Positions 41,446 through 51,508 of a DNA stretch of 64,000 nt are shown piece after piece. This DNA comes from Candidatus Levyibacteriota bacterium. GTDB taxonomy: Bacteria > Patescibacteriota > Microgenomatia > Levybacterales > UBA12049. The stretch lies in NCBI GenBank assembly GCA_027459745.1, contig DAIDHL010000003.1, positions 129,125 through 193,124 on the forward strand, in the 5' to 3' direction. Numbering within the stretch: the first letter of the stretch is position 1; every line of letters begins with the position of its first letter. The notes under the pieces are model-generated. The model worked only from the letters and a program-made list of their open reading frames with translations. It was not told the DNA's origin and ran no database searches. The translations under genes and the position numbers were made by a program.

Positions 41446-41814
41446 TTAATTTTCTGGCTCCCAAGGAGTCATCAGCTGGAAATAATTTCCATCTGGATCC
41501 GCAAAAGTAGCAATCCATGTATCGCCCTCACCCATTTGATATGGCTGTGCGATGACTTTTGCCCCGAGTCCCTTAATACGTTCAGCTTCCTCTTTCACAT
41601 TTTTTGTTTCAAAGTTGAACAATATACGCTCAGGTTGTGGATTTACACCTTTGATTTTATCGTGCGGTCCGATTCCCATAAATGTTTTACCTGCTACGAA
41701 ACCTTGAAAATCTCCATCCGACATATCCGGTTGTTTTTCAAATACTTTCCCGTAAAATTCAACCAATTGTTGTGGATTTTCTGATCCAATTAAAATTGAT
41801 CCAAAATTCAACAT
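41446..41814 (-). CDS. VOC/glyoxalase family protein
   Basis: FYGKVF, GAKVIAQP and FADPDGNYFQL; strong SD upstream. Confidence 0.9.
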   Translation of the reverse strand: MLNFGSILIGSENPQQLVEFYGKVFEKQPDMSDGDFQGFVAGKTFMGIGPHDKIKGVNPQPERILFNFETKNVKEEAERIKGLGAKVIAQPYQMGEGDTWIATFADPDGNYFQLMTPWEPEN

Positions 41815-41838
41815 AATTATTTTTCACCCCCTTTCATT

Positions 41839-42120
41839 TTAAATGTTAGACCTTTTTCTGTAAGTGTTTTTTATTGCAGATATTGAGTGTGGACCGAATC
41901 CATGTAATGCTAGTAACTCTTCTTCCGAAACGTTGTTTAGATCTTTCAGTTTGGTTATTCCGGAGTTTTGCAATGCCCTTGAAGCTGGTGTAGAAAGTTT
42001 AGAGAAATTAGTTTGTGTCTTATCTCTATAGCATTTTGGCCAGCAAATAGGACAAATTGGACAATCACTACTTTTGTTAAATTTATGACCACGATTACAC
42101 ATTTTTAATTTACTTTTCAT
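41839..42120 (-). CDS. RNA polymerase alpha-CTD-like HhH protein with N-terminal Cys/His motif
   Basis: CNRGH...KSSDCPICPIC; LSTPASRAL...LLALHGFGP. Confidence 0.75.
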   Translation of the reverse strand: MKSKLKMCNRGHKFNKSSDCPICPICWPKCYRDKTQTNFSKLSTPASRALQNSGITKLKDLNNVSEEELLALHGFGPHSISAIKNTYRKRSNI

Positions 42121-42122
42121 AA

Positions 42123-43304
42123 TTAGTTGAAAGCCGATTCTTTTACACCTGGCTTAAATGCCCGAAAAGATAGTGCAAAACATATAACTGTCAACACCGC
42201 TCCTACAAAAAAAGTTAAGGGAATCTGAATTGTAGCGATAACCCCTCCTATAATCGGCCCAACGATCATACCCATACTCTGGTAAGAAGAATTTAAACCC
42301 ATAATCGAACCCTGCGATTTTTCATCTGTTTCCTGAGAGAGAATTGTGGGAATAAGCGTCTGCACAATACTATTAAATAAGCCTAGAACAAGTGCTATTA
42401 CTACAAAAATAATCAGGGTATGCGACAACCACATACCAGCCAAAGCCATGCCAGACAGCAAAATAGAATACTTGAAGGAATGCTCTATGCCGAATTTTTT
42501 GGAGAATAAAGATACTAAAAATGTTTGGGTTATTAAACCTACAATGCCAAATAAGGTAAAAATTAGGGCATTTTCCATCGGAGAAATTTTCAAGATATTA
42601 ACAGTAAATGGCTGAAAACCGTAGATAATCGCACAAGAAAAAGCCAACATAAAAATAAATGATATTAAAAATGTTACACCAACATTGGGATCAAATAGTG
42701 TATGCCATAATTTAGACAAATCAAACAATTTTCCTGATTGCACTTCCCCCATATGCTTGTTGGTTTCTGGTAGATATATGGCAGTCAAAATTACGGCAAT
42801 AGTGGTAATTATACCAGCTATGATAAAAGGTACTCCGGAACCAAAGCCTACAGTTAAGGCAGCAATTGCCGGTCCGAATATAAACCCGAAGTTAAAAGCT
42901 GCACCTATTAACCCAAAAGCCTGTGGACGTTCTTCAGGTTTGGTCGAGTCGGAAATAACAGCAAAAGCCACAGGTATATTCCCGGCTGTTAATCCATCCA
43001 ACATTCGTGCAAAAAACAGAAAAGCTGCGTTGGGAGCAAATGCTGTTAAGAAAAAGGAAATAGCAGTACCAATAATGGAAATCAGCAATAATGGCCGCCT
43101 GCCATATTTATCTGACATACGTCCAATAAGAGGTGTCGACAAAAACTGGCAAATCGAGTAGCTGGCAAACAAAAGTCCATTCTGAAAGTCACTCAATCCA
43201 TACTTCTTCGAATAGGCATACAAAATCGGAATGATGATTCCATATCCTAGCATATTGACTAAAACTATAAGGGCAATGATAGCGAAATTTCTATTTCTGA
43301 GCAT
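42123..43304 (-). CDS. MFS transporter, TetA/DHA1-like
   Basis: GRMSDKYGRRP motif A, GFIFGPAI and 12 TM helices. Confidence 0.92.
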   Translation of the reverse strand: MLRNRNFAIIALIVLVNMLGYGIIIPILYAYSKKYGLSDFQNGLLFASYSICQFLSTPLIGRMSDKYGRRPLLLISIIGTAISFFLTAFAPNAAFLFFARMLDGLTAGNIPVAFAVISDSTKPEERPQAFGLIGAAFNFGFIFGPAIAALTVGFGSGVPFIIAGIITTIAVILTAIYLPETNKHMGEVQSGKLFDLSKLWHTLFDPNVGVTFLISFIFMLAFSCAIIYGFQPFTVNILKISPMENALIFTLFGIVGLITQTFLVSLFSKKFGIEHSFKYSILLSGMALAGMWLSHTLIIFVVIALVLGLFNSIVQTLIPTILSQETDEKSQGSIMGLNSSYQSMGMIVGPIIGGVIATIQIPLTFFVGAVLTVICFALSFRAFKPGVKESAFN

Positions 43305-43363
43305 GAGTTTTTATTTTAGTTAATAGTGACTCAAATCACAATAACAAGTATAACCATCAGCCC

Positions 43364-43413
43364 AAAAGGCTTAGTTTGACTAGATTTTCCTTCATGTTTT
43401 CACTAAGCCTTTT
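43364..43413. terminator. Probable terminator hairpin
   Basis: AAAAGGCTTAGT...ACTAAGCCTTTT. Confidence 0.6.
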
Positions 43414-43426
43414 ATCAAAATCTTTA

Positions 43427-43900
43427 TTAGTCTTTTTCCACAAATTTAACTAATTTGTCCAATTGCTGATTCCAGCCCATCTCCATACCTTGCAGTGGAC
43501 CTGCAGCTTCTGGTGTAGTTTTGGTGACTGAGATATGAATTGTTAATTTGGTCTTATCACCTTCTTGGACTAAATTAACTGTTACTAAATTCTCTAGAAC
43601 CGGCTCGTCATTTACGATCGCTTGTCCCGTAAACACCAATTTATTGGGAGCTTCTACTTCTTTCACTTCACCTTTCATTGGCCATCGCTGTCCTTTCATA
43701 GGCCCCAATTCTTCCCCCGCTAACATCACGATGTCTATTTTCCCCCCCGGCTTTACTTCAAATACGCAGGTTGGATTGGTAACACCGTTGGGTCCCCACC
43801 ATTGTTGGAGCAAGCTGGTGTCAGTCCAATATTTCCACACTTTTTGTATTGGAGCGTCAAAATTTCGGGTTAAAGTTAATTCTCTTTTTGCTTCTTGCAT
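43427..43900 (-). CDS. SRPBCC domain protein
   Basis: TRNFDAP, WWGP and GWNQQLDKL. Confidence 0.9.
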   Translation of the reverse strand: MQEAKRELTLTRNFDAPIQKVWKYWTDTSLLQQWWGPNGVTNPTCVFEVKPGGKIDIVMLAGEELGPMKGQRWPMKGEVKEVEAPNKLVFTGQAIVNDEPVLENLVTVNLVQEGDKTKLTIHISVTKTTPEAAGPLQGMEMGWNQQLDKLVKFVEKD

Positions 43901-43920
43901 TATTTCACCCCCTTTCCTTA

Positions 43921-44250
43921 TTATTTGTCTTTTTCGGTTGCTAATAATTTATCTAATTTATCAAAGCTTTTTTCCCAATGTGTTTGGAACTGCTTCAACC
44001 AATTATCCAATTCGCTGATGCGCTCAGGATTTACCTTATATAACCGCTGCTGTGCTTTCTTCTCTACTCTTACTAAATCAGTTTCACGCAGAACTTTTAA
44101 ATGCTGGGAAACGGCTGGATGAGACATGCTAAATTCACCATAAATGTCTGTAGCTGACAACTGACCTTTATCCGACAGTAACTCCAAAATTTCTCGTCGT
44201 GTTGGCTCTGATAATGCATAAAATATTTTTGAAACCGAAAAACTATCCAT
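43921..44250 (-). CDS. ArsR/SmtB family transcriptional regulator
   Basis: FYALSEPTRREIL, AVSQHLKVL; cotranscribed with the SRPBCC gene. Confidence 0.92.
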   Translation of the reverse strand: MDSFSVSKIFYALSEPTRREILELLSDKGQLSATDIYGEFSMSHPAVSQHLKVLRETDLVRVEKKAQQRLYKVNPERISELDNWLKQFQTHWEKSFDKLDKLLATEKDK

Positions 44251-44256
44251 AGTTAT

Positions 44257-44292
44257 ATATTAAAGTTTTGGCTTAATTAAGTCAATACTTAA
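44257..44292 (-). promoter_or_regulatory. Sigma70 promoter overlapped by an inverted-repeat operator
   Basis: TTGACT-17 bp-TAATAT with ATG 6 nt later; dyad centred on TTAATTAA. Confidence 0.7.
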
Positions 44293-44321
44293 TAATATAT
44301 GCTTGAAGGTTTGAAAATTGT

Positions 44322-44858
44322 TTAATTTTCTGTAGCCAGAAGAATTTTTTGGGTGGTATGCCAAAAACGAGTGGTGGTCGCTACCCCGATTTTCTTTTCC
44401 ATCAGGCCATAAGAATTTGTAGGTCTACCGTTTTTTAAATGCCAAACCACAAACAGCTCCGTATCTGTCTTTGCCACTAATTTGTATCCTCCATCCGGGG
44501 TAGTAAAAGGCACTGGTAAATCTACTTTGGTTGGCTCTGCAAGAAATACGATAGATAAACGTATATCATCAGTTACCTTAACTTTGGCAAAAGGATCTAT
44601 GGACATAATTTTTTTTAATTGTTCTAAAGTCCTCAGAAACACCGGCACATTAAAACCTAACTCAGCTGCCAAATATTTTTGTATTTTTTGGCGTAATAAA
44701 CTTTGATCTTTTTCTTCTGACTCAAAAAATATATTTCCTGACTGAATAAATGAACGAACATTCTCTAGGTTCAAATTAGTAAACAAACCACGTAATTTGT
44801 CCATTTTCACATTATGACCACCTACATTTATTCCTCTGAGTAAAGCAATATAAATCAT
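44322..44858 (-). CDS. DUF1697 family protein
   Basis: YIALLRGINVGG, SFIQSGN and TTRFW. Confidence 0.92.
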   Translation of the reverse strand: MIYIALLRGINVGGHNVKMDKLRGLFTNLNLENVRSFIQSGNIFFESEEKDQSLLRQKIQKYLAAELGFNVPVFLRTLEQLKKIMSIDPFAKVKVTDDIRLSIVFLAEPTKVDLPVPFTTPDGGYKLVAKTDTELFVVWHLKNGRPTNSYGLMEKKIGVATTTRFWHTTQKILLATEN

Positions 44859-44859
44859 A

Positions 44860-45936
44860 TTAATTTGTTATAATTTCGACTGGAAGGTTTATAAACTGTC
44901 CATATTTTTTTGCTGCTAACTGCAAGGCTTTGTTTTGCTCTTCAGTAATCTTAACCAATATCTTAAGCTTAATCACGACTTTCGTCGCTTGAATAACTCT
45001 TCTCCAACTTCCCGCCATTTTACCATTTATCAAAACTACACCCATTATCATTCCCGAACCAATATTCAAATATTTTACATGTTCATTGTCTAAAACGTCT
45101 AACCTATCTTTATAGGCAATAAAATATTCATCAAAACCTGGCAATAAATAAACTGAAGGTGAAAAACTTAGCTGTTGTGTGCTAGCAAAAAAATAATAAT
45201 CTTTGACCCCAATTTGTTGTTTATTTATTTTATTACCAAGTAAGTTTAGACCTTTTTGTGTCTCTACTTTCGTCAAGCCTGACCACCACACAAAATCACT
45301 AATCTGAGCAGGTCCATGACTTTGGAAATAACGTTTAATTAATTCGACTAATGCTTCCTCATGGGTTAATTTTTTATATTTCTTCACTCTGTCTTCCAAT
45401 AACATATATGTAAACTGTTTGCCTTTTCTCGGACCACTACAAATTAATCCTTCCAATTCAGCTTGCATAAGCACAAAAGCCAAACGAATATCTTGCGTAG
45501 GAATTTTTGCTTCTTTAAGATAAATATTTAATTCTTCACGTGTCAGTTGTTTGCCACCTTTTAATACTTGGTGAAGTATCTTATTACTTTTCTGAAAAAT
45601 CTCATTATCAAAACCTAATTTACGGTAATAGGAATTATTGAAAGCATGTACTCTGGCTGAGGTGAGATCTTGTAACCAGACAATATCTTCTGGGGTAACA
45701 AAATGCCAGGTTGGACGCATAGTGTGAGTACGTAAAATTAAACCTTCGTTAAAAGCTCTTTCAACTTGTGCATCGGTCTGTTCATGGGTACGTAGACTAA
45801 CTGCACACTTCGCAGCAGCAAAATCTTGTGCCTGCATAGCACCCAACCAATGAACTATTTCTTGTGGAGTACTAAAATTTGGGTTGATTAATTTCTGGTT
45901 AACTAATCTTAAGTTTATAACGTCTAAACTGTTCAT
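44860..45936 (-). CDS. AlkZ/YcaQ-like winged-helix DNA glycosylase family protein
   Basis: MQAQD, MRPTWH, HGPA..DF.WWSG and LLPGFDEY. Confidence 0.88.
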   Translation of the reverse strand: MNSLDVINLRLVNQKLINPNFSTPQEIVHWLGAMQAQDFAAAKCAVSLRTHEQTDAQVERAFNEGLILRTHTMRPTWHFVTPEDIVWLQDLTSARVHAFNNSYYRKLGFDNEIFQKSNKILHQVLKGGKQLTREELNIYLKEAKIPTQDIRLAFVLMQAELEGLICSGPRKGKQFTYMLLEDRVKKYKKLTHEEALVELIKRYFQSHGPAQISDFVWWSGLTKVETQKGLNLLGNKINKQQIGVKDYYFFASTQQLSFSPSVYLLPGFDEYFIAYKDRLDVLDNEHVKYLNIGSGMIMGVVLINGKMAGSWRRVIQATKVVIKLKILVKITEEQNKALQLAAKKYGQFINLPVEIITN

Positions 45937-45982
45937 GATAGAAATAAGTATATCACCTACGTAACTTCATCCAGCTAAGGTC

Positions 45983-46070
45983 AAGGCACCGAAAAAGTAA
46001 AAAGCACCAAATGTGCCGAAGGTTAATAACCTCCGGCACATTTGGGACATCACGAACCTTCGATGCCCTT
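45983..46070. repeat. Long nested hairpin in divergent intergenic region
   Basis: CCAAATGTGCCG-AAGGTT-AAT-AACCTC-CGGCACATTTGG inside AAGGCACCGAA/TTCGATGCCCTT. Confidence 0.7.
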
Positions 46071-46136
46071 TAATATTGTGTTACAGATCACCACACCTTT
46101 ACAAACCTTTATGATGTCTCTAGTATAGATATAGAC

Positions 46137-47423
46137 ATGGCAAAATTTATTAAGAACTACGAGACTTTAGCTACGACTGAAGAAAGGAAATTAGTATTAG
46201 ATCTCATAGACACCGCAATTACGGCTATTCAACCACAAGAAGTCATAAATTCTCACTTTACAATTGTAGATGAAGTCCTGCACGTACAAGATCAACAATT
46301 TAATTTACACAATTTTAGTCGTATTTTTCTCATCGGTTTTGGTAAAGGTTCCGGCGAAATTTCTTTTCTAATAGAAAAAGTTTTAGGCGAGAAACTTACG
46401 ACAGGTTATGTAATCGACGCCAAGCAACAAACGTTTAATAAGGCCCAATTTACCTTAGGTACTCATCCCCTCCCTTCATTAGCCAACCTGGATTTCACAC
46501 AAAATGTTTTGGAACAACTTAGCGGCTTAACAGAAAGTGATTTGGTAATCATGGTAACGTGCGGCGGCGGCTCAGTAATGTTTGAGAAGCCACATAGTTT
46601 GAGTCTGGAAAAATTAATTGACTTTAATAAAGCTCTTTTACATGCCGGTGCCAATATCCACGATATGAATGTCATGCGCAAACACGTCTCCAAAGTTAAA
46701 GGCGGCGGACTGGCAGAACATTTATATCCTGCGACCGTAGTAAATCTGGTTTTCTCTGACGTGCCGGGAGATGATTTATCGGTTATTGCTTCCGGCCCAC
46801 TTATTAAAGATGAATCAACAGTCGGCGAAGCTTGGGATTTATATATAAAATTTAAAATTAACCAAACGATTAAATTAAAAGAGCGAGATTTTTTTGAAAC
46901 GCCTAAGGATGATAAGTTTTTTACCCATACACATAATATTTTGATGGATACGAATATGACCGCTATGAGCAAAATGCAAGATCTGGCCAAGCAACGCAAT
47001 ATAAATGTGCAAATTTATTCTAATTCTTTTCAGTCTGACGCCGACTCGGCTGGCAAAAAGCTTATAGATAAAACACCCGATAATACATTGCTGTTGGCGG
47101 GAGGAGAAACTACGGTAAAAGTAAGTGGCAAGGGTGGTGAAGGCGGCAGAAATCAGGAACTAGTCTTGGCTGCTCTACCCTATTTGGGAGACAAAATTAC
47201 TATCGCGGCTTTTGATTCAGACGGATGGGATAATTCACCTATCGCCGGTGCAATTGGTGATAAACAAACCTTAACCACAGCTAAAGAGAAGAATCTTGAC
47301 CCTCACACTTATTTAAAAGCGCACAATAGCTCTCCATTTTTCCGAGCTGTAAACGATGCCATCATTACAGATAAGCTTTCTTCCAACGTCTCCGATTTAA
47401 TGATAGTATATAAGAAAGCATAG
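46137..47423 (+). CDS. Glycerate 2-kinase type (DUF4147 + MOFRL)
   Basis: GFGKG, HPLP, GGGS, RKHVSKVKGG, SDVPGDD..IASGP, GGETTV and GGRNQE. Confidence 0.92.
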   Translation: MAKFIKNYETLATTEERKLVLDLIDTAITAIQPQEVINSHFTIVDEVLHVQDQQFNLHNFSRIFLIGFGKGSGEISFLIEKVLGEKLTTGYVIDAKQQTFNKAQFTLGTHPLPSLANLDFTQNVLEQLSGLTESDLVIMVTCGGGSVMFEKPHSLSLEKLIDFNKALLHAGANIHDMNVMRKHVSKVKGGGLAEHLYPATVVNLVFSDVPGDDLSVIASGPLIKDESTVGEAWDLYIKFKINQTIKLKERDFFETPKDDKFFTHTHNILMDTNMTAMSKMQDLAKQRNINVQIYSNSFQSDADSAGKKLIDKTPDNTLLLAGGETTVKVSGKGGEGGRNQELVLAALPYLGDKITIAAFDSDGWDNSPIAGAIGDKQTLTTAKEKNLDPHTYLKAHNSSPFFRAVNDAIITDKLSSNVSDLMIVYKKA

Positions 47424-47435
47424 ATAACATTGGAA

Positions 47436-47458
47436 AGAGGAATGATTTTTTCACTGTA
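47436..47458 (+). repeat. Truncated left arm of the ~105-bp element
   Basis: agaggaatgattttttcactgta resembles the left arms of the four full copies. Confidence 0.45.
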
Positions 47459-47476
47459 TTAAGCAATGTTATTCAC

Positions 47477-47546
47477 GTCTTTGCGAGGAGCATAGCGACG
47501 AAGCAATCTAGATTGCTTCGCTCCATTTCATTTCGCTCGCAATGAC
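47477..47546. repeat. REP/RPE-like palindrome, family A
   Basis: gtctttgcgagg...GCAATCTAGATTGC...ctcgcaatgac. Confidence 0.85.
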
Positions 47547-47554
47547 AATCATCT

Positions 47555-48418
47555 ATGATTGCAGAGTTGAACGATTTACAATTAAAACATTTACAAGAAA
47601 AAGCTGTCGAGATGCGTGAGCATATTATTGAAATGCTACTGGAAGCCAAATCGGGACATTCGGCCGGTCCGTTGGGTATGGCCGATATTTTTACCGCCTT
47701 TTATTTCCATATTCTCAACCATGATCCACGCAACCCCGATTGGGATGACCGTGATCGTTTGGTTCTTTCCAATGGACATATATGCCCGGTACAATATGCT
47801 GCTCTGGCTATGTCGGGCTATTTCCCGATTGAAGAATTGAAAACTCTGCGCAAAATTAACTCTCGTTTGCAGGGACATCCTCACCGAGGAACATTACCCG
47901 GTATTGAGACCACATCGGGCCCTTTAGGTGAGGGACTTTCGCAAGCTATAGGTATGGCTTTAGCCCTCAAACTGGATAATAAAGTTGCTCATGTCTATTG
48001 TTTGGGCTCTGATGGTGAATTACAGGAAGGCAATCCTTGGGAAGCAGCAATGTTTGCGGGCAAAAATAGATTATCAAATCTAACCTTAGTAATCGATCGT
48101 AACAATATTCAGATTGATGGTTTTACAGAAGATGTCATGCCTATTGAACCCCTCAAAGATAAATTTGCTGCGTTTAACTGGCATGTGTTAGAAATTGATG
48201 GACATAATATGCAAATGTTAGTGGATGCTGTCAACGAAGCCAAAGCTATTCATCAACAGCCCACTGTGATTATCGCTCACACTATCCCTGGCAAAGGCGT
48301 CGACTTCATGGAAAACAAATTTGAATGGCACGGCATGCCGCCTGATAAAGATCAAGCCAAAAAAGCACTCGATGAATTAAGGACTTTACAAGGAAAGATA
48401 GAAAATGAAAGTCAGTAA
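47555..48418 (+). CDS. Transketolase N-terminal subunit
   Basis: SGH, DRLVLSNGH, LQGHP, GPLGEG, SDGELQEG and TIPGKG. Confidence 0.95.
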   Translation: MIAELNDLQLKHLQEKAVEMREHIIEMLLEAKSGHSAGPLGMADIFTAFYFHILNHDPRNPDWDDRDRLVLSNGHICPVQYAALAMSGYFPIEELKTLRKINSRLQGHPHRGTLPGIETTSGPLGEGLSQAIGMALALKLDNKVAHVYCLGSDGELQEGNPWEAAMFAGKNRLSNLTLVIDRNNIQIDGFTEDVMPIEPLKDKFAAFNWHVLEIDGHNMQMLVDAVNEAKAIHQQPTVIIAHTIPGKGVDFMENKFEWHGMPPDKDQAKKALDELRTLQGKIENESQ

Positions 48419-48439
48419 GATAGTAAGATAAAATATAAT

Positions 48440-48545
48440 AGCGAGGAATAATTTTTTCGCGGTAAACCTAGAAGGGATGAACAACCGGATAAGTTCAAAC
48501 CAAGATAGTCCGACGGGTGCACAAGAAAAAATTCGTTCCTAGCGA
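48440..48545 (+). repeat. ~105-bp structured intergenic element, copy 1 (candidate ncRNA or mobile hairpin)
   Basis: Near-identical to the copies at 49557, 51509 and 53686; terminal inverted arms. Confidence 0.9.
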
Positions 48546-48556
48546 CAAAGAAAAAT

Positions 48557-49549
48557 ATGTTAAATCCAAATTTAAAACTTAACGATAAAATGTTTGACCA
48601 AGATGCTAACAAAAAAGCTACGCGTGACGGCTTTGGCGAAGGTTTGGTAGAATTGGGCAATTCAAATCCCAATGTAGTGGTGCTCACAGCCGATTTATCT
48701 GACTCCACTCGTACCGATAAATTTGCTAAGGCACATCCTGAGAGATTTTTTGAAGTCGGAGTGGCTGAACAAAATATGGCTGCTATTGCTGCTGGCTTGG
48801 CCGAAGCTGGGAAAATAGCTTTCATCTCTTCTTACGCTACTTTCTCCCCTGGTAAAAACTGGGAAACAATTCGCACTACTGCTGTTTATAATCGAGCTAA
48901 CGTGAAAATTGCTGGCCACCACAGCGGAGTGATGACGGGACCTGATGGAGCAACTCATCAAGCCACCGAAGATATCGCAATCACCCGTTGCTGGCCGGAT
49001 ATCCAGATCTATGTCCCCTGTGACAGTGTTGAAGGTAAAAAAGCCACCCTCGCTAGTGCTAATATCCCCACTGCTGTCTATTTAAGATTTACCAGAGATA
49101 AATCAGCCGTCATGACTACAGAAGAAACATCTTTTGAGGTGGGTAAAATTCAGGACTTCTGGATTTCTGATAATCCTCAAGTAACCATTTTTGCTACCGG
49201 TTATTTACTTTATCAAGCTTTATTAGCAGCTAAGCAATTAGAAGAGGAAGGTATTCAAACCATAGTCGCTAACGTTTCAACTATCAAACCACTTGACGGC
49301 GAGGGCATTTTAAGATTAACTGATAAGACCCGTGCAGTCATTACAGTCGAAGATCACCAAATCATGGGCGGATTAGGCGGAGCAATTGCCGAATTTCTAG
49401 CTAAGAATCAGCCTTTGCCAATGGAGTTTATTGGTTTGCAAGATACTTTTGCACAGTCAGGAACACCGGATGAGTTGCTGGCTAAATATAAAATGGATGC
49501 ACCCGCCATCAAAGAAGCTGTTAAGAAGGTAATAGGAAGAAAAACCTAA
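48557..49549 (+). CDS. Transketolase C-terminal subunit
   Basis: ADLSDST, GVAEQNM, GPDGATHQ and EDHQIMGGLG. Confidence 0.95.
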   Translation: MLNPNLKLNDKMFDQDANKKATRDGFGEGLVELGNSNPNVVVLTADLSDSTRTDKFAKAHPERFFEVGVAEQNMAAIAAGLAEAGKIAFISSYATFSPGKNWETIRTTAVYNRANVKIAGHHSGVMTGPDGATHQATEDIAITRCWPDIQIYVPCDSVEGKKATLASANIPTAVYLRFTRDKSAVMTTEETSFEVGKIQDFWISDNPQVTIFATGYLLYQALLAAKQLEEEGIQTIVANVSTIKPLDGEGILRLTDKTRAVITVEDHQIMGGLGGAIAEFLAKNQPLPMEFIGLQDTFAQSGTPDELLAKYKMDAPAIKEAVKKVIGRKT

Positions 49550-49556
49550 AACAAAG

Positions 49557-49660
49557 AGCGAGAAATGATTTTTCGCAGTAAACCTAGGAGGGATGAAAAA
49601 CCGGATAAGTTCAAACCAAGATAGTCCGACGGGTGCACAAGAAAAAATTATTTCAAGCGA
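49557..49660 (+). repeat. ~105-bp structured intergenic element, copy 2
   Basis: agcgagaaatgatttttcgcagtaaacctag...gtccgacgggtgcacaagaaaaaattatttcaagcga. Confidence 0.9.
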
Positions 49661-49674
49661 AAATACAAAAATAT

Positions 49675-51330
49675 ATGAATGAACAACTTTTAAATGAACT
49701 AAAATCAATTATTAAAGGCGAAGTCCACACCGATGACGATACACTCGTCGAATACAGCCATTGTGCCTCTCTTTTTGAAATCAAACCCAAAGTAGTGGTT
49801 TTCCCTCGTGATGAAGAAGATGTAAAAAACTTGGTCAAATTTGTGGATAAATATAAAACGGAACATTCGGAACTATCTTTGACAGCCCGTTCGGCTGGAA
49901 CTGATATGGGTGGGGGGCCACTCAGTGAATCAATCGTAGTCGGATTTCAGAAGTTCTTTAATCATCTACCCACGGTAGTTGAGCAAACAGCTACTACTCA
50001 ACCCGGAGTTTTTTATCGCGATTTTGAAAAAGAAACACTCAAGCATGGTTTGATTTTCCCTTCTTATCCAGCATCGCGTGAACTCTGTGCCATGGGTGGC
50101 ATAGTCAACAATAATTCCGGTGGAGAAAAATCCTTACAATACGGCAAAACAGAAAGATATGTAGAAAGTCTGCAAGTTGTTTTATCCGATGGCAACCAAT
50201 ATGAATTCAAACCCTTAAATGAAGAAGAATTAAATAAAAAAATGGCCCAAAATGATTTCGAAGGAGAATTGTACAAAAAAATGTTTAATTTAATCAATGA
50301 TAATTATGACTTGTTACAGCAACATAAACCTAAAGTTTCTAAAAATTCTGCAGGATACTATTTGTGGAATGTTTATGATCGTGAGAAAAAAGTGTTCGAT
50401 CTATCCAAATTATTTGTCGGAGCACAAGGAACTTTGGGATTTTTGACCAGTGCGAACATAAAACTTGTTCCCGTCAAAAAGCATGCTGAGATGATGATTT
50501 TGTTTTTACACAACATCGATCATTTAGGAGAAATTATTAATCTGGTGTTGCCTTTGCAGCCAGATACATTTGAAACTTATGATGATAATACTCTTAAGCT
50601 TGCTCTCAAATTTTTCCCCGAATTTGCTAAATTCCTGGGAACCAAGGGTATTATTCAAACTGGTTTACAGTTTATTCCAGAATTTATGATGGTCTTGACC
50701 GGCGGCTTGCCCAAATTAATTTTGCAGATTGATTTCCAGTCTGATGATCGTGCACAACTGGACAAAGACATTGCGCAGTTAAAAGAAAAATTAAAACCTT
50801 TACATCCTGAAACTCGTATTGCCCACAATGAAGATCAGGAAAAGAAATATTGGATGATCAGACGTGAAAGTTTCAATTTGTTACGCAATAAAGTCAAAGA
50901 TATGCACACTGCTCCTTTTATCGATGATTTTGCTGTCGAGCCGAAATATCTGTCTGAATTTTTGCCTAAATTAAATGCCATTTTTGTCAAATATCCCAAA
51001 TTAATCTATACGGTTGCAGGTCATGTTGGAGATGGTAATTTCCACATCATTCCTTTGATGAAAATTGAAGATCCCAAACAGCGCGAAATCATCCCGGTAT
51101 TAGGCAAAGAGGTTTATGACCTGGTGTTGCAATATCATGGAACTATTACCGCCGAACACAATGACGGGATTATCAGAACTCCCTATCTGAAACAAATGTA
51201 TGGTGAAGAAGTATATAAATTATTTGAGCAAACGAAGCAGATTTTTGATCCGCAGAATATATTTAACCCCGGTAAAAAAGTGGGAGGAACTATGGATTAT
51301 GCCATGTCTCACATCCGCCAAAGCTGGTAA
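49675..51330 (+). CDS. FAD-linked oxidoreductase (D-lactate dehydrogenase/GlcD-like)
   Basis: RSAGTDMGG, GGIVNNNSGG, GAQGTLG, HVGDGNFH, AEHNDG and FDPQNIFNPGK. Start set at ATG 49675. Confidence 0.9.
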   Translation: MNEQLLNELKSIIKGEVHTDDDTLVEYSHCASLFEIKPKVVVFPRDEEDVKNLVKFVDKYKTEHSELSLTARSAGTDMGGGPLSESIVVGFQKFFNHLPTVVEQTATTQPGVFYRDFEKETLKHGLIFPSYPASRELCAMGGIVNNNSGGEKSLQYGKTERYVESLQVVLSDGNQYEFKPLNEEELNKKMAQNDFEGELYKKMFNLINDNYDLLQQHKPKVSKNSAGYYLWNVYDREKKVFDLSKLFVGAQGTLGFLTSANIKLVPVKKHAEMMILFLHNIDHLGEIINLVLPLQPDTFETYDDNTLKLALKFFPEFAKFLGTKGIIQTGLQFIPEFMMVLTGGLPKLILQIDFQSDDRAQLDKDIAQLKEKLKPLHPETRIAHNEDQEKKYWMIRRESFNLLRNKVKDMHTAPFIDDFAVEPKYLSEFLPKLNAIFVKYPKLIYTVAGHVGDGNFHIIPLMKIEDPKQREIIPVLGKEVYDLVLQYHGTITAEHNDGIIRTPYLKQMYGEEVYKLFEQTKQIFDPQNIFNPGKKVGGTMDYAMSHIRQSW

Positions 51331-51373
51331 AGGTAATTTAAAATTTAGAATTATTCCTGATTCTCTAAAATTT

Positions 51374-51402
51374 GATTCTGGAGTCACTACGTTCCGAATG
51401 AC
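51374..51402. repeat. REP-like element, family B
   Basis: gattctggagtcactacgttccgaatgac, matching 61674-61704. Confidence 0.7.
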
Positions 51403-51413
51403 TATGAAGTCTC

Positions 51414-51489
51414 GTCATTGCAAGGGTTTGAAAAACCCAAAGCAATCTAGATTGCAACGTCGTTCGCTTCGCTCACTCCTAGCAATGAC
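51414..51489. repeat. REP/RPE-like palindrome, family A
   Basis: gtcattgc...GCAATCTAGATTGC...gcaatgac. Confidence 0.8.
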
Positions 51490-51508
51490 AATCTAAATTT
51501 TTAAAAAA

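Noticed and set aside
42346-44122. Long + strand ORFs overlapping the MFS, SRPBCC and ArsR genes
   Set aside because: They are antisense to well-supported genes and carry no motifs.
48491-48505. tRNA-like T-loop (GTTCAAACC) in the element
   Set aside because: There is no T-stem or cloverleaf; no tRNA genes were found in the window.
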